Notes: generated by a model from the sequence alone, not told the origin. A DNA stretch of 63,800 nucleotides, filler included, from Folioceros fuciformis (GCA_049999805.1; 8 parts of 8 records of this genome joined end to end with filler, not necessarily neighbours in it); one strand, 5' to 3'; shown: positions 49,301-61,992, counted from the first letter of the whole stretch. Translations and numbers: made by a program.

Positions 49301-51138
49301 GAGAATACAGGTCCCATGGTAGCGACGTGTGCATTCGGATGGAGGACCGTATGCATCGGTGAGGCAGCGGTTCTAGGCAACGTGCAGTGTGGGAGTACTT
49401 TCTAGGTCTGGAGAATGAGCAGCGGTGGAAGTGTCTGGCCGAGCGACCGGTGTGGAGTTCCAGGTGCCCTCGCTGAAGGGGGGGAAGTAGTGGGCTGAGT
49501 TTCAGATCCTGTTGAGGCTGAGAGAAAGTAGGCTGAGAAGGAGTAGGCTTGCTGTTCAGGGGGAAGCCTATCCATGGGGAAGAAGGGGGGTGTTCTGAGT
49601 TATACTCCACGGCTGATAGTCTGAATTCCTAGTCTTGAGCTACTGTCAGCTCATCTTAGTGCATGCGGGGAGGTTAGCGCATGCGGGGAGGTGTGTGGGA
49701 GTTAAGGGCAGTTTTGAGAGGCACTGATGATTGTTGGTAGGGGCAACTAGGTAGGGGCAACTAGTAGTGTCCAAGGGATAGCGGGCAATTAGGGTTAGGA
49801 TAAGGTTAGAGTTAGGCTCAACTTAGGTTGGGGTTAGAATTGGTAGGGGAAAGTAGTGGGCTGAGTTTCAGATCTGCTGAGGCTGAGAGGAAGTAGGCTA
49901 ACAAGGAGTAGGCTTGCTGTCCAGGGGGAAGCCTATCCATGGGGAAGAAGGGGGGTGTCCTGAGTTATACTCCAAGGCTGATATTCTGAATTCCTAGTCT
50001 TGAGCTATTGTCAGCTCATCTTAGTGCATGCGGGGAGGCACTGGTGATTGTTGGTGGGGCAACTAGTAGTGTCCAAGGGGTAGCGGGCAATTAGGGTTAG
50101 GATAAGGTTAGAGTTAGGCTCAACTTAGGTTGGGGTTAGAATTAGGTCGGATTAAGGTTAGGTCAGAGTTAGGATTAGGATTAAGTCAGAGTTAAGGGCG
50201 GCTTAGGTCAGAGAGAGATTTCCGGCTGACTAAGGCGAACCCTAGTATACAAAGATGGAGGTTTTGGCCAAGGTAGTTTAAGAGGCCCAAACCTGTCATG
50301 GAGGAGGGTAGTCTTACGATGTGATTTCCCTTGACCTTGTGTGCAGGCTACTAGATTAGAGTGCTGATTTGGAGTGAGATTGAACCAAGGGCTTTATCCC
50401 CCTTGCCATTAGGGGAACGTGGTGGATCCGCAGTGGCTGAACTTTTTGAATGCTGGTTGAGGTGAGGTTGTAGAGCTATGAGCCAAGGCTGCTATCCAGT
50501 CCCAGACCTCACATCTCTACCTTAAAGGCTGCAATCTAGCCCCAGACCTCACATCTCTGCCTTCAAGGCTGCAAGAGGGGAGGCCGTTGTGTCCCAAAAT
50601 TCCAGGAATGAAGGTTGAGCTGTAGATTTTGGGAGTAGAAGTTAAAGTGAGGTGTTGGAGTGAGTTAAATTGAAGTGTTGAAGTGTTGGAGTGAGTTGAA
50701 GTGAAGTGTTGAAGTGTTGGAGTGAGTTGAAGTGAAGTGCTGAAGTGTTGGAGTGAGTTGAAGTGAAGTGCTGAAGTGTTGGAGTGAGTTGAAGTGAAGT
50801 GTTGAAGTGTTGGAGTGAGTTGAAGTGAAGTGCTGAAGTGCTGGAGTGAAGGACTAAAGTGAAGAAGTGAAGGGCTGAAAGATTGAAGTGTTGGAGTGAA
50901 GGACTGGAGTGCTGGAGCGTGGAGTTGGTGTGCTGAGCTAAAGACATGGCTAGAGATTCTGACCTATTACTGTAGCACTAGGTATCGGCTAATAGATAGA
51001 TCATATTAGGGCATTGTGGGGAATGGTAGGTAACCTTGACACTAGTTCACTCCCTTAGGAGCGGATCATAGGATGGCAACGATAATACGGGGAAATGTGG
51101 TCCTTTTGGTGGTTCTTGGGTGTAAGAATCGATCCACA
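46327..51138 (+). mobile_element. 4.8-kb solo LTR, Athila-like family
   Basis: TGTGGA...TCCACA termini with a perfect TSD CTAGG (46322-46326, 51139-51143). No gag/pol inside. GC-rich tract ~46500-49200, ~365-bp duplication 49480-50140, 31-bp minisatellite ~50650-50850. Confidence 0.88.
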
Positions 51139-51143
51139 CTAGG

Positions 51144-52220
51144 CAATTACTAAAGTTAGGAACCATGAACATCACTTTAATTACAAAAATAGTATAGAAT
51201 ATTCCAATTTTTCTGATGAGTCATAAACTACATGTAACCAGTGTGTCACCAAGGATAGAAATGATTGGAGGTTCTACAATTGTCTTTGTAATGGGGTCAA
51301 GAACAAAGTCTAAAGAAATCATCAATGGAAAGTCATCGGAAGGAAAGACCAATTTATCATTAGAATCAGGCTCCTCCAAATGTGTAACAAAAGACTCATT
51401 ATAAGGTAAGGAGTCAAGATATGGCTTAACATGGGATAACATCTCCTTGAAAGTTATGTTGCAAGCAAAGACAGCTTCTTAAGTGAGTATGTTATACAAT
51501 TTATAAGGTTTCACTTCTTCTCCATATTACATAAAAATCATAGGTTTTGCTAGGTCATTCAATTTCTTATGCTTGTCTTTTAGAACATAGGCATAAGCTA
51601 GAGAACTAACAACTTTGGTCAAAATCCAATTAAGGATGTAAGTAGTCGTGACCATAGCTTCTACCCTAAAGCTTTACTAAACCCGAACCATTCCAACATG
51701 CTCCTTGTCATTTCGAGCAGTGTCTGATTTGTCCGTTTTGCTATTGAGTGTAGGATACTATCGAACCATCCCATGGTCTAGTAGGAACTAATTGAAGTGA
51801 GAGTAGACAAACTTTGCCCCATTGTCTATGCGAAGACACTTCAACAAACAACCTGTCTAACGCTAGACGATGGGCACCCATTCTTGAAAGACATTAAAAG
51901 TATCTAACTTCAACCGAAGAGGGTAAGTCCACGAGTATTTGCTTTAGTTATCAATAATAGTAACATAGTATTGGGCATTGCCCAAACTAGGTATGTGAAT
52001 TCTACTAGAGATGTCAACATGCACCAATTCTACTACATGTGATGCTCGATGTGCTATGATCGTGGCCAAGTTGATGGATGACGATGTGTGATAATTTATG
52101 GAATTAGCATGTGCACGATCAGAAACAAACACACGGAACAACTTGTGCATTAGATTTGAAAAGGAAGAACACATTGTATATATCCTAAAATTAAAAGTAA
52201 CTGCCATAACTATCACTAAC
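51144..52220 (-). pseudogene. Old Copia integrase fragment
   Basis: VELVHVDI..SLGNAQYYVTIIDN..CLRIDNG, with many stops. Confidence 0.75.
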
Positions 52221-52436
52221 CCTAAATGGTAGTAATGTAACCAAAACTAAAGTAGTCCTTTTAATACTCCCACTCATTGCTAACATTTAGCTGAGTAGAG
52301 CTCATAAAAGAGAAAATACACTGAACAAACGGGTTCAGGCAAAACCCCAAGCTTAAACCCTAGTGCACACATCATCATGATTGCACGCTGCCCAAAAACC
52401 ATGGGTTTCTCCCGTCATTCTCAGCTCGTCTAGACT

Positions 52437-53929
52437 TCAAGGCAATGCCTTCAAAACTTGCTTGTGCTCAGCCTTGGACCAAGAATTCGTGAGCTCCACT
52501 CTGCACAAGATGGCGTCGAGAAGCGTAGTAGCCACTGGTACCTCAAGGGAGCCCATACCCTTATCTGATTCGGAGGAGAGTGAGGGTGATGGAGTCGCCT
52601 TCAACCAACAGTTGTCTTTAAGCAAACGCCTCAACCAAATGCCTTCTTTTGCAGCTTGTTTAAGTGCAGCATATTCAACTACTGTAGAAGATAGAGAAAC
52701 AGTAGACTGTTTCTTGGATGACCAGGTAACGGCACCTCCAGCAAGTAGAAACGCATACGTAGACACTGACTTCCTAGTATCTGGGTCAGAAGCCCAATCA
52801 GCGTCACAATAGCCAACTAACGTAAGTGCTTCCTCACCCTTAGTCTGCTTCCCATAATGAATTCCATGCTTGCTGGTTCCCTTCAAATAACGCAAGATTC
52901 GTTTAACTACTGACCAGTGAACTTCCCCAGGGTCCTTCAAAAACTGAGAGGTCATGCTAACTAGGAGAGAGATATCAAGCCGGGTATGATTGGAACAGAA
53001 AATCAAGGACCTAACAGCCTGAGCATACGGGACATCTGTCATCGCTTTCCGACCAACATTTGTTTGAGGTGATTGCTCCTTAAGCATCTTACAACCAGCC
53101 TCCATAGGGGTGGCAGTAGGTTTGGCCTCCATAAGCTTATATTTGAATAACATATCAGAGCTATACTTCTCTTGATAAATAACTAGCTATCTAGTCTCCG
53201 AGTTTCGTAGAAGTTGAGTGCCTAGATAGTAGGAAAGCTCACCTACATCTACCATCCCAAACCTTCCTGATAGTAGACCTTTAACCCTCTCTATTTTTGA
53301 CAGGTCAGTGCCGAGGAGAATACAGTCATCTACGTAAAGCAATAGGATGACAAAACCATCAGCATCATGGAGCAAGTACACATTCGAATCGGCTGTTGAC
53401 TTCTCAAAACCAAGGTCCTGTTAGAACTCATCAATACATGCGTACCATGCTCTTGGACTTTGTTTCAAACCATATATTTTCTTGAGCAGCCTACACGCCC
53501 AATCTTCCTTACCAGAAATCTCATGCCCTTCCAGCTGTTGCATGTAGATTTCTTCCTCCAAGCGACCATGAAGGAAGGCCGTCTTAACATCCATCTAATG
53601 GATGAACAAGAAGAAGAAGGCAAACATAGCAAACAACACTCTAAGGGGCTGAGCTTTGACTACAGGAGAAAAGGTGTCATGATAGTCCAAGCCAGGAACT
53701 TGAGAGAAACCTCGAGCAACAAGCCATGCCTTATAGCGAGCAATTGATCCATCTGCCTAATACTTGAGCTTGAAGACCCACTTGCTACTCTCAATTTTCC
53801 TCCCCGAAAGGGGTCTACAAAGCTCCCAAGTTCCATTAGTAAGAAGTGAGTCATACTCAGATTTGATTGCTTTCTACCACTGCTGAGATTCAGCTCTTAG
53901 AACAGCCTCATGATAAGATTGTGGCTCGT
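52437..53929 (-). pseudogene. Copia RT and partial RNase H
   Basis: EPQSYHEA, LLYVDDC, VHWSVVKRILRYLKGT, GYCDADWASD, WSSKKQSTVSLSS. Continues across two solo LTRs into 58705-58741 and 60222-61748. Confidence 0.9.
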
Positions 53930-56900
53930 TGTGGTGTGGAACTTGCACCCAAGAACCACCAAGGGCCACACTTCTCCCTTAATATCGTCGTAGTACTAGG
54001 ATTCGCTCCCAAGGGAGTGAACTAGTGTCAAGGTTCCCCACAATCTTCCCCAACATTGCCCAAGTTGAACCCTAACTATCAGCCGGTCCTAGGCCAAACC
54101 ACACTATAGCAAAAAGATCAGAACCCTGTCTTTAACACCAACCACAACCCCAGTTGAATGAGGATTCAGCATCATCCTCAGCTCTCACTTCCAGCTCCTG
54201 GTATCAGCCGCCTCAGCAGCTAAGAGGAGGCCCTAGCCCTGGCCTCGACCTCCACTCTCAGCCCTCAAGCCCCTATTCCAGCACTTGAAGTCCCTACTCT
54301 AGCACTTCAAATCTCTGCCCCATCACTTCAACTCTTCAACCCCTCACTCCTGGATTTTGGACACAGCAGCCCCTCCCTTGCAATCCTTGAGGCCGGGATG
54401 TGCAGACCCAGGCTGGATAGCCCCCTCGGCTCACAGCCCTGCAATCCATCACCTTGGAAACCCCTTAGGGACGTCAAGGTATCCCAACCCCCAACCAGCC
54501 TGCAAGAGAGGTCAGGCCCTGCGGATTTGGTCACCCAAATCTCTGCAATTTTGGGAGCCGCCACGTCCCCTAGTGGCATGGGGAATCAAGGCCGAGGTGC
54601 ATCTGCACACTGGATTAATCCCTCCAACCCAGCAGCCTGCACACAAGGTCAAGGACACTCTTCACCAAAAAAAGCGTCCTCACTCAGTGACAGGCCTGGC
54701 CTCTTATACCCCTTGGCCAAGAACCCCTGTCACTGCCTAACCAAGTCAGCACGCCTCAAACAGAACCCTCCACTCGTCAAAACCCTAAACCTAACTCCAA
54801 CCTAATCCTAGCCCTAACTTTGACCTAACCTGACCCCAACTTGCGGCCCTGGTTGCTCTCATCAAAATTAATCAACCTCTCCAAACTAGCAAAACTCACG
54901 AGTGCCTCTCAACACCCTCTTCCCCTCTCTGATCCTCTCCTTTCCCTTAGATCATCTGCAATCCCTCAGAGACTCCACCTTCCTCCAATCGTCTACTCCC
55001 CCTCCTGCTCGCCAAGGGACCCATGTCTTGGCATAGCTACGCTTCTAGTACCCCTGACGAGGTAACCTTATAAACATGGCACCTGAGGTGGCATTTCCCA
55101 AATCCCTTGCCCCCATAATCATCATCAGGCAGTTCGCAGGTTCCTCAACCTATCTCAATTTTGTTTGCAACCATTCTCATGGAGGGCTGCACCACCGACC
55201 ATTGCCCAGGCCCCCGTGGCCTTCCTGCCCAGAGCCAAACTCGAGCTGCTTTCCATCCACCTTGTAACCATCGTTTGGTAGCAGATGAGGCACACTCCCT
55301 CCACTAACTTCCCCTGTCTTCGCTTCCAGTCTCGGCGGAAACGTTTCGGTGAGAACTTCTTATCCAGCGATGGAGACTGCCCACTTGACCTTTACGGTTG
55401 CAACCCTTATCGCTATGCTCTCGATCCCATGAGCCTTTGCACACCGCCACTACGAAGGGCTCATCATGGAAATCGGATTGCATATGCATGCCTGAAGGGA
55501 CAGCCTTCCTGTTCCCATCTTTTCCGACTATGGGCTCCCAAAAACCAGCTCTTCCAATGCCATCATTGTAAGAAAACCCATCATGGAATAACTTAGTTCC
55601 TACACAGTTTCTCCCATTGGGCCCAGTCTTGCAGGTTGGGGTTTCCTTGCCAACCAAACCAAGCAACGCCGACAGGTCTCCCAACATCTGTGATCACTTG
55701 GACAAAGAGCTGGCAACAACCTCCCCACTCAAGAGGAATACGCACCGACGTCAAAACCCTGCGGTTCTCCTCACTATCTGATTCCACAAGCATAGCAACA
55801 TGGGAATCTCTAGCCCCCGCCACCTCGAGGTAGTGACTTGCAACTTGTCTGTCCCCATCAATATGAGAGTCATCTTTTGCAATGTGAAGGTGCGAGGGCA
55901 GCATGGACGTGTTAGGCAAGTCGCCCTTCTCCTTCTGCTTTGCTAGCCAGCCCCCTGCCAGCCTACTTCCGGCTAGCCCGCTGGCTGCCTGTGCTGTTGG
56001 GGCACCCACCTACCCCCTTGGATTTGGCCAAGCAGCCAGCCCGCAGGGCTGCCTGCTGCAGCCACTAACCAACCCCCAACCAGCCTCCCTCACAATCCTG
56101 GCCAACCAGCCATGGCTGCCTGGATCCTGATGCCCTGCCTGCCCGTAGCCGGGTGTCCGTGCTGCTGGCCCAACCACCATCCAGGCCGCCTGCTCAGATC
56201 CAGCACCGCCGCCCACTTGGATCCAGCCCGAATCCTGCTGAGGCCTGCCTGGCCTAGATCCGCTTATAAGGTTGCCACCAGCTGGCCCGGGCTGACCTGC
56301 CGCCTAGGCCTTTCAGCAGCCCGCCACTCCCCAGCAACCGTAGCCGGGTGTCCGTGCTGCTAACGCAACCACCATCCAGGCTGCCTGCTCAGATCCAGCA
56401 CCGCCGCCCACTTGGATCTAGCCCGGATCCTGCCGAGGCCCGCCTGGCTTGGATCCACTTATAAGGTTGCCACCAGCTGACCCGGGCTGACCTGCCGGCT
56501 AGGCCCTTCAGCAGCCCACCACTCCCCAGCAGCTGTGGCCAACTGCCCCGACAGCCGACCTCCTTGCCAACCTGCCGCCAGCCTGAGCCTTGCTTGCTGG
56601 CCAGCTTGGCCTGCATGGCGATCTAGCCAGGCCACCGCAATCCTCCCCTGGTCAGGCGGCTGTCTGGCTACCCGGCCGGATCCACCTACCAGCCTGGCCG
56701 CACACTCCCTCTTAACCGATTCGCCCAAGCCGCCCTCTTGCCTGGATTTCCTCCCACACAGCCAGCCTCCCATGCTAGCCCGACCGCGTGCACCAAGGCC
56801 AAACACCAGCCTTGCTGGTTTTTGGATCCACCCACGTCGGTAGCCTTCTTGGCTAGTTGGATCCGCCAACCTGGTCTACCTCCGGCAGGATCCGCCGGCC

Positions 56901-58699
56901 TGGTCCCCACCGGAAGGATCCGCTTGTCTGGTCCCCAGCGGTCGGGTTTGGTTTGGATTTCCCCCCCTGCCTGGGCTTCCCCCAACTGCCCGGCCGCCAC
57001 TTGGCGATCTAGCCATCCCACCGCCCCACGGCCTGCCTCAGCTGCTGGTCCGAACCCGACCAACCAGCCAGCCTTGACCAGCCTTCTTGGCTGGTCAATC
57101 TATTCCAATCTTGACGCAGTGTCGCCGCTAGCACCTGATCCAGCCGAGGCCACCCAAGCTCGCTGGCCAACTGCCTGGTCAGCCTATTGCCTGGCTAGAT
57201 CCGGCTAGGAAGTCGGCCAAATCAGGCTGCCCCCCCCCCCTACCAACCTGACTACGCATGCCTGGGCTTGCCTGCTGGTCAGCCCGGCTTGGATCTGACC
57301 ACCCGCTTGCCCAGGTCGACTGGCCAGAGACCGCTGGCCAACCTCCGGCCTTTTGATCCAGCCAGGCGGCCAGCCTGCTCAGCCTCGCTGCTCGCTAGAT
57401 TTACCCGCCTAAAGGCCCGGCTAGCCTACCTGGCTGCTAAGGCTCTTGCAACCAGGCTGGTGCCTGGCTTTCGGGTCCAGCCATGTCTGGATGCAACGCC
57501 GCCACCGGGCTGCCATGAACCCTCCACTGAGCGCTCCTGAATGCCACCTTGCTGCCTAGTCCAGTTTGCCGCTTGCGGCGGCAGCCTAACTGCCCTAAGC
57601 TAGACAGGACTGCCAGTCACCGACCCGCGTGGCTGCTACCTGGCCGTCCAGCCCTGCTTGACCCATCCTCGACCAGCCGGCCAGTCTGTTGGCTGGTTGG
57701 ATTTGGCCGTAAGGTAGTCGGAGCCGACAGCCAGGCCCCTACCATCCTGTGCCAATGCAACCAGCTGGTTAGCCCTACTACCCTGCACCACCAAGCTGCT
57801 GCTGGTCCGGCCACCCTCCAGGCCGCCTTGCCATGGCAGTCTGCCCTCCTGGATCTGGCCAAGTAGCCGGCCCAGATAGCCGCCTGCTCCTGCTTGCTGC
57901 CAGTGAGACCCCTCAGCCGGCCATCCGCCGGCACACTGGCTGCCACCCGCCATCCGCCGGCACACTGGCTGCCTGCCTAGTGTTGGCCGGTCCCCATGAT
58001 ACCGACAGGCTGCCGGTTGGCCACAGTCCAGCTAATGGGCTAGGCTGCTCAGGCCCTTGCAGCCCGCCTCCGCCTCCAGCCTTGACCAGCCTACCAGCCC
58101 AACTGGCCGAACAGCCGGCCGCTGTTGGCTCCAAGCCTCGACTAGGCAGCCAGCCTAACTACCCACCATAGGCGTCCCTCCTACTACCTTTCCTGGAGCC
58201 ATCTTGTGGTCACCCCGGCCTGTTGAATCCAGCTGAGGCTTGCAACCACCGATCTGCCCACCCGTTAGGATCTATCCCAGCAGCAGGCCGGCCCGGGCGC
58301 CTACCGGGCATAGGCATGGAGGTAGGGCACCTAGGCCTGCCCAGCCGAAGGCCAGGGAAGGCCTAGGCACCCTACCTCCAAGCCTATGCCCAACCGCCTT
58401 CCGCACGCTCCCAAGGCCCCAACTCACCCTCACACTCCCGACTTAGGGTTCCACACACGCCGGCGTCCCTCTCCACGGGCACACCCTACCCCGTACTTAA
58501 CATTTTCCACGGCCACAGGTTAGCTAGACGATTGTTTTCTTTCTAAACTGCACCACCACTATCTCTTGATCATCCTATTTGATCTAGCCTTATCTAACAT
58601 AGTTTCCCTACTTACCTCTCCGAGGAATTCTATCAAAACTCCAAAAAAAACAAATACCACCCATTTTCTAAGAGGCCTATCTACCTTATGGTCTCCACA
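53930..58699 (-). mobile_element. 4.8-kb solo-LTR-like insertion, Athila-like family
   Basis: TGTGG...CCACA termini; TSD CTCGT/CTCAT (one mismatch); the host frame resumes (PGYE|PQSY). GC-rich tract ~55940-58440 with a 195-bp tandem duplication at 56143-56532. Confidence 0.85.
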
Positions 58700-58741
58700 C
58701 TCATAACCAGGACTGATGGCAAGATGAACAGTCTCAACTGC

Positions 58742-60216
58742 TGTGGAGTGATTTCTTGCACCCAAGAACCACCAAAGGGCGACACATCCCTTATTATCGT
58801 TGCAATACTATGATTCGCTCCTAAGGGAGTGAACTAATGTCAAGGTTTTCTACAATTGTCCCACACTGCCTAATCTAACCCTATCTATTGGCCGGCTCCT
58901 AGCCCTAGCCTCACTATAGCAAAAAAAGTTCAGAATCCTTAGCCCTGTCTTCAACGCCAACCACAGCTCCAGCTGAATGAGAACTCCAGCATCATCTTTA
59001 GCTCCCACTTACAGCTCCAAGTATCAGCCGCCTCAGCAACTAAGAGGAGGTCCCAGCCCTAGCCTTGGCCTCCACTCTCAGCCCTAAATGCTAGCCACCT
59101 CAACAGCTGATTGAGAACTTTAGCACCTAAGCTCCTCACCTCAGCACACCAACTCCGCACTCCAGCACTTGAAATCTCTTCTCTAGCACTTCAGCTTTTC
59201 AACCATTCATCCCTTCACCCTCACGGTTCACTCCTAGATTTTGGAACACAACAGCCCCTCACTTGCAGTCCTTGAGGCAGGGATGTGCACACCCAAGCTG
59301 CATAGCCTCCTTAGCTCACAGCCCTGCAATCCGTCGCCATGGAAACCCCTTAGGGACGTCAAGGTACCCCAACCACCCAACCAGCATGCAAGAAAGGTCA
59401 GCCCTTGCGGATCTGGCCACCTAGATCTCAGCAATTTTTGGTGCCGCCATGTTCCCCTAGTGGCATGGGGAATCAAGGCCGAGGTGCATCTGCACACTAG
59501 ATTAACCCTCTAACCCAGCAGCCTGCACACAAGGTCAAGGGAGCTCTCACCAAAAAACCTCCCCCCTCAATAACAGGCCTGGCCTCTTATACTCCCTTGG
59601 CATGGAACCCCTGTCACTGCCTAACCAGGTCAGCACGCCTTAGACAAAACCCTCCACTCGTCAAAACCCTAAACCTAATCCTAATCCTAACTCTGACCTA
59701 ACCTGACCTCAACTTGTGGCCCTGGTTGCTCTTATCAAAATTAATCAAACTCTCAAAACTACCAAAACTCACGAGTGCCTCTCGACACCCTCTTCCCTTT
59801 CCGATCCTCTCCTTTCCCTTAGATCATGTACAATCCTTCAGAGACCCCACCGTCTTTAGATCCTTCCCTCCATTTTGGTGGCCAAGGCCCATGACCCGGC
59901 AGATCTACTCATCTAGTGCCCTGCAACTCGTATCTAGATAGCTACCCATCAGCTAGGTCCCGGGCACCTTCCCTTGCATCTACAGTCAACCGGATCAGCC
60001 CGAGACCACAGCCCAAATCCCACTGCCTCTCTTGCTTAGGATCCTACAGCCAGGCCGCTGCCTAGCTCTCGAATCCAGCCCCCAGCCGTCTCACCGTTAA
60101 TCTAACTCTAATCTAACCGAATCTTCTAACCTTTCCTCTACAACACTCACTCACAGATCCAAAAAAATAGAGAACCCATCATTTCCCAGGGGTCTGTTCA
60201 GCATGTGGAGTCCACA
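58742..60216 (-). mobile_element. 1.5-kb solo LTR, same family
   Basis: TGTGGA...TCCACA termini with a perfect TSD ACTGC (58737-58741, 60217-60221). Confidence 0.9.
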
Positions 60217-60221
60217 ACTGC

Positions 60222-61748
60222 CAAGTCTCCAGCATCAGAACCCAGAGGAGGAGGGACAGGAACTTGATCCCGACGACCAATCCAATCTTCAGGTTTGTAA
60301 GGTTGCTCCAGCCATTGATCCTGCGGTCTGTGGGTATGTGCAGAATGTCGAAGAAGAGCTGGAGACTCAGGAAGAGGCATGACATACTCGGCAGGATCAT
60401 CAACTCCAAAATCGTCTAGAGGAGGGTCAAGAGCGTGAGGAATTGGATATGGGACAAGGCTAATCAACAACGAAATCCGGCTGGGGAAGATCAGCAACAT
60501 CATCATCTACTGAATCAGGATTAGCATGGGGAGCAATAGCTGGGACAAAGGAAGGATCAAAGGTAGGAAATTCAGCAACATCTAAATCACCTTCTAACTC
60601 GAGTTATACATCTGGGGCAAGTTTGAAAGCTGGAAATTCGGATTCAGCTAGATCAACTGAGTCAACAGCGTGCAACACTGGATGTTCATCAAAAACAAGA
60701 GTTCTAGCATGAACTACTCTGCGAGAGGTAGGATCAAACAGTTTGTACCCATGAATTCTAGCTGTGTACCCAATGAAGACGTGTCTCTTGGATTTATAAG
60801 AAAACGTCTATCGTAGTTTGGCAGGAATATGAGCATATGCAATGCTCCCAAAACACAAAGATGATCCAGATTAGGCTTGACACCCGTCCAAGCTTCAAAA
60901 GGAGTCACTCCACGAACAGACGAAACTGCAGTCCTGTTCTGCAGTGCAGATATGTAGCAACCTGGACGGCCTCAGCCCAAAAATGAACAGGCAGCCTCCC
61001 CTGAAACAATAGAGAGCGAGCAGCATCCTGAATAGTGCGATGTCTCCTCTCAGCACGACCATTCATGTCTGAATGGTAAGGGATAGTGAGCTACCGTGTA
61101 ATGCCTTTGTCTTGACAAAATTGCTGAAATGTAGTAGAGAGATACTCTTTGGCATTGTCAGACCTAATGCACTTCAACTGCTTGCCAGTCTGACACTCTG
61201 CATATGCAAGATACCTCTTAAAGCTATCAAATACTTCACTCTTATGTTGTAGGAGCTTCGTGACCGTGAAGTGGGTCTTGTCATCTTCAAAGACTACAAA
61301 ATAGCGAGCTTCTCCCCAGGAAGGAACAAACATGGGTCCACAGATGTATGAATGAATCAAAACAAGAGTGTCTGTCTCCTTTCGTGGCTTGCCACTGCCA
61401 AAATGGGACTTAAATTGTTTCCCATGAACGCATGCCACACACAACTCTAGGTCAAGTAACTCGGATTCTGCAAATCCTGTCACCATTTTCTCTTTGAGCA
61501 ATCTTCTCATCGCCTGGATATTCGGATGGCCTAACCGGTAGTGCCATCGAAATGCTTTGCTCACAGCCATCGTAACTCCTATGGCATGTGCTGTAGGATG
61601 TGAAGCAAGTGGGATAAAATCCAGTGGATACAAGTCATACAAGGGAGATCCCCGAGCTATAACGATCGTAGGAGAGTCCATCATAGAGATCACACATGAA
61701 GTCCCTTCAAAGGTGATCCTGTACAGGCCAGTCTTGCCAAGTGCCTAG
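60222..61748 (-). pseudogene. Copia GAG-pre-integrase/integrase and linker
   Basis: WHYRLGHPN..CVACVHGKQ, IHSYICGPM, CIRSDNAKEY, TPFEAWTGVKP. Confidence 0.88.
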
Positions 61749-61892
61749 TGAAAATACCTAATATTCTAGGGTAAGCTATTTAAATAGTCAGGCATTTGCT
61801 AATTATTAATTTAACGAACGGTTGTAGGTATGAAACGCCATAGCGTTTCGTAGCGTCGTAGCCAATGGCGGTTAAGGGTCACGCCTTGTGAA
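61749..61892 (+). mobile_element. 5' end of a small LTR (TGAAAATACC...)
   Basis: Homologous to the reverse complement of 10430-10572. Cut by the contig end. Confidence 0.55.
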
Positions 61893-61992
61893 NNNNNNNN
61901 NNNNNNNNNNNNNNNNNNNNNNNNNNNNNNNNNNNNTTAATTAATTAANNNNNNNNNNNNNNNNNNNNNNNNNNNNNNNNNNNNNNNNNNNN

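Noticed and set aside
46475-49610. Many overlapping Ala/Gly/Arg/Pro-rich ORFs (also at 55900-58450 and 7890-8700)
   Set aside because: By-products of stop-poor GC-rich LTR tracts; present in all frames with no domain.
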